Source: Pavona decussata (taxonomy: Eukaryota). From it: 64,000 nt of DNA. Below, in pieces: positions 63,923 through 64,000 of this stretch. A model generated the notes under the pieces. That model did not search any database. It was not told the DNA's origin and was given only the letters and a program-made list of their open reading frames with translations. Numbering within the stretch: the stretch's first letter is position 1; each line of letters starts with the position of its first letter. The translations under genes and the position numbers were made by a program. The DNA is taken from positions 2,294,001-2,358,000 of the forward strand of contig CDRNST010000057.1 of NCBI GenBank assembly GCA_977016875.1. Direction: 5' to 3'.

Positions 63923-64000
63923 GGGGGGCAGCGTGGTCGAGTGGTTAGGGCGCCGGACTTGAAATCCGGAGGTCCCGGGTTCAAGTCCCGCTCTGGCCAC
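63923..64000 (+). mobile_element. tRNA-derived SINE head (runs off the window end); decayed relatives near 6690-6818 and 15445-15600
   Basis: A box TGGTCGAGTGG, anticodon-like arm CCGGA-CTTGAAA-TCCGG and B box GGTTCAAGTCC. The acceptor stem pairs poorly and there is no long serine variable arm, which favours a SINE over tRNA-Ser(TGA). Confidence 0.75.

Noticed and set aside
63923-64000. tRNA-Ser(TGA) gene
   Set aside because: There is no long variable arm, the acceptor stem pairs poorly, and decayed relatives occur elsewhere in the window. A tRNA-derived SINE fits better.

Overview
Eukaryotic, intron-rich animal DNA. The gene set and repeat families suggest a cnidarian, probably a stony coral (inference). 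Six protein-coding genes were rebuilt by hand from splice signals. In order they are a DRAM-family autophagy modulator (-), a HAD-superfamily phosphatase with a mitochondrial-type leader (-), an intronless MINPP1-like histidine phosphatase (-), an FKBP4/5-like immunophilin (+), an HS2ST/UST-family sulfotransferase with a very long stem (+), and the 3' part of SCYL2 (-). Introns and intergenic DNA hold many MITEs, tRNA-derived SINEs and satellites, plus a 5'-truncated Penelope-like (Neptune-type) retroelement. Highlights: (1) a highly structured non-coding segment divergent from DRAM with a telomeric template-like 8-mer, a telomerase-like pseudoknot and H/ACA-like boxes, a candidate telomerase RNA that remains unproven; (2) an intact minimal hammerhead ribozyme at the Penelope-like 3' end, plus three decayed hammerhead loci, two of them sense within SCYL2 introns; (3) a U12-type minor intron in DRAM; (4) a MINPP1 that has lost the HAE proton-donor glutamate (HTG) and has no ER-retention signal; (5) repeated amphipathic motifs in the sulfotransferase stem.
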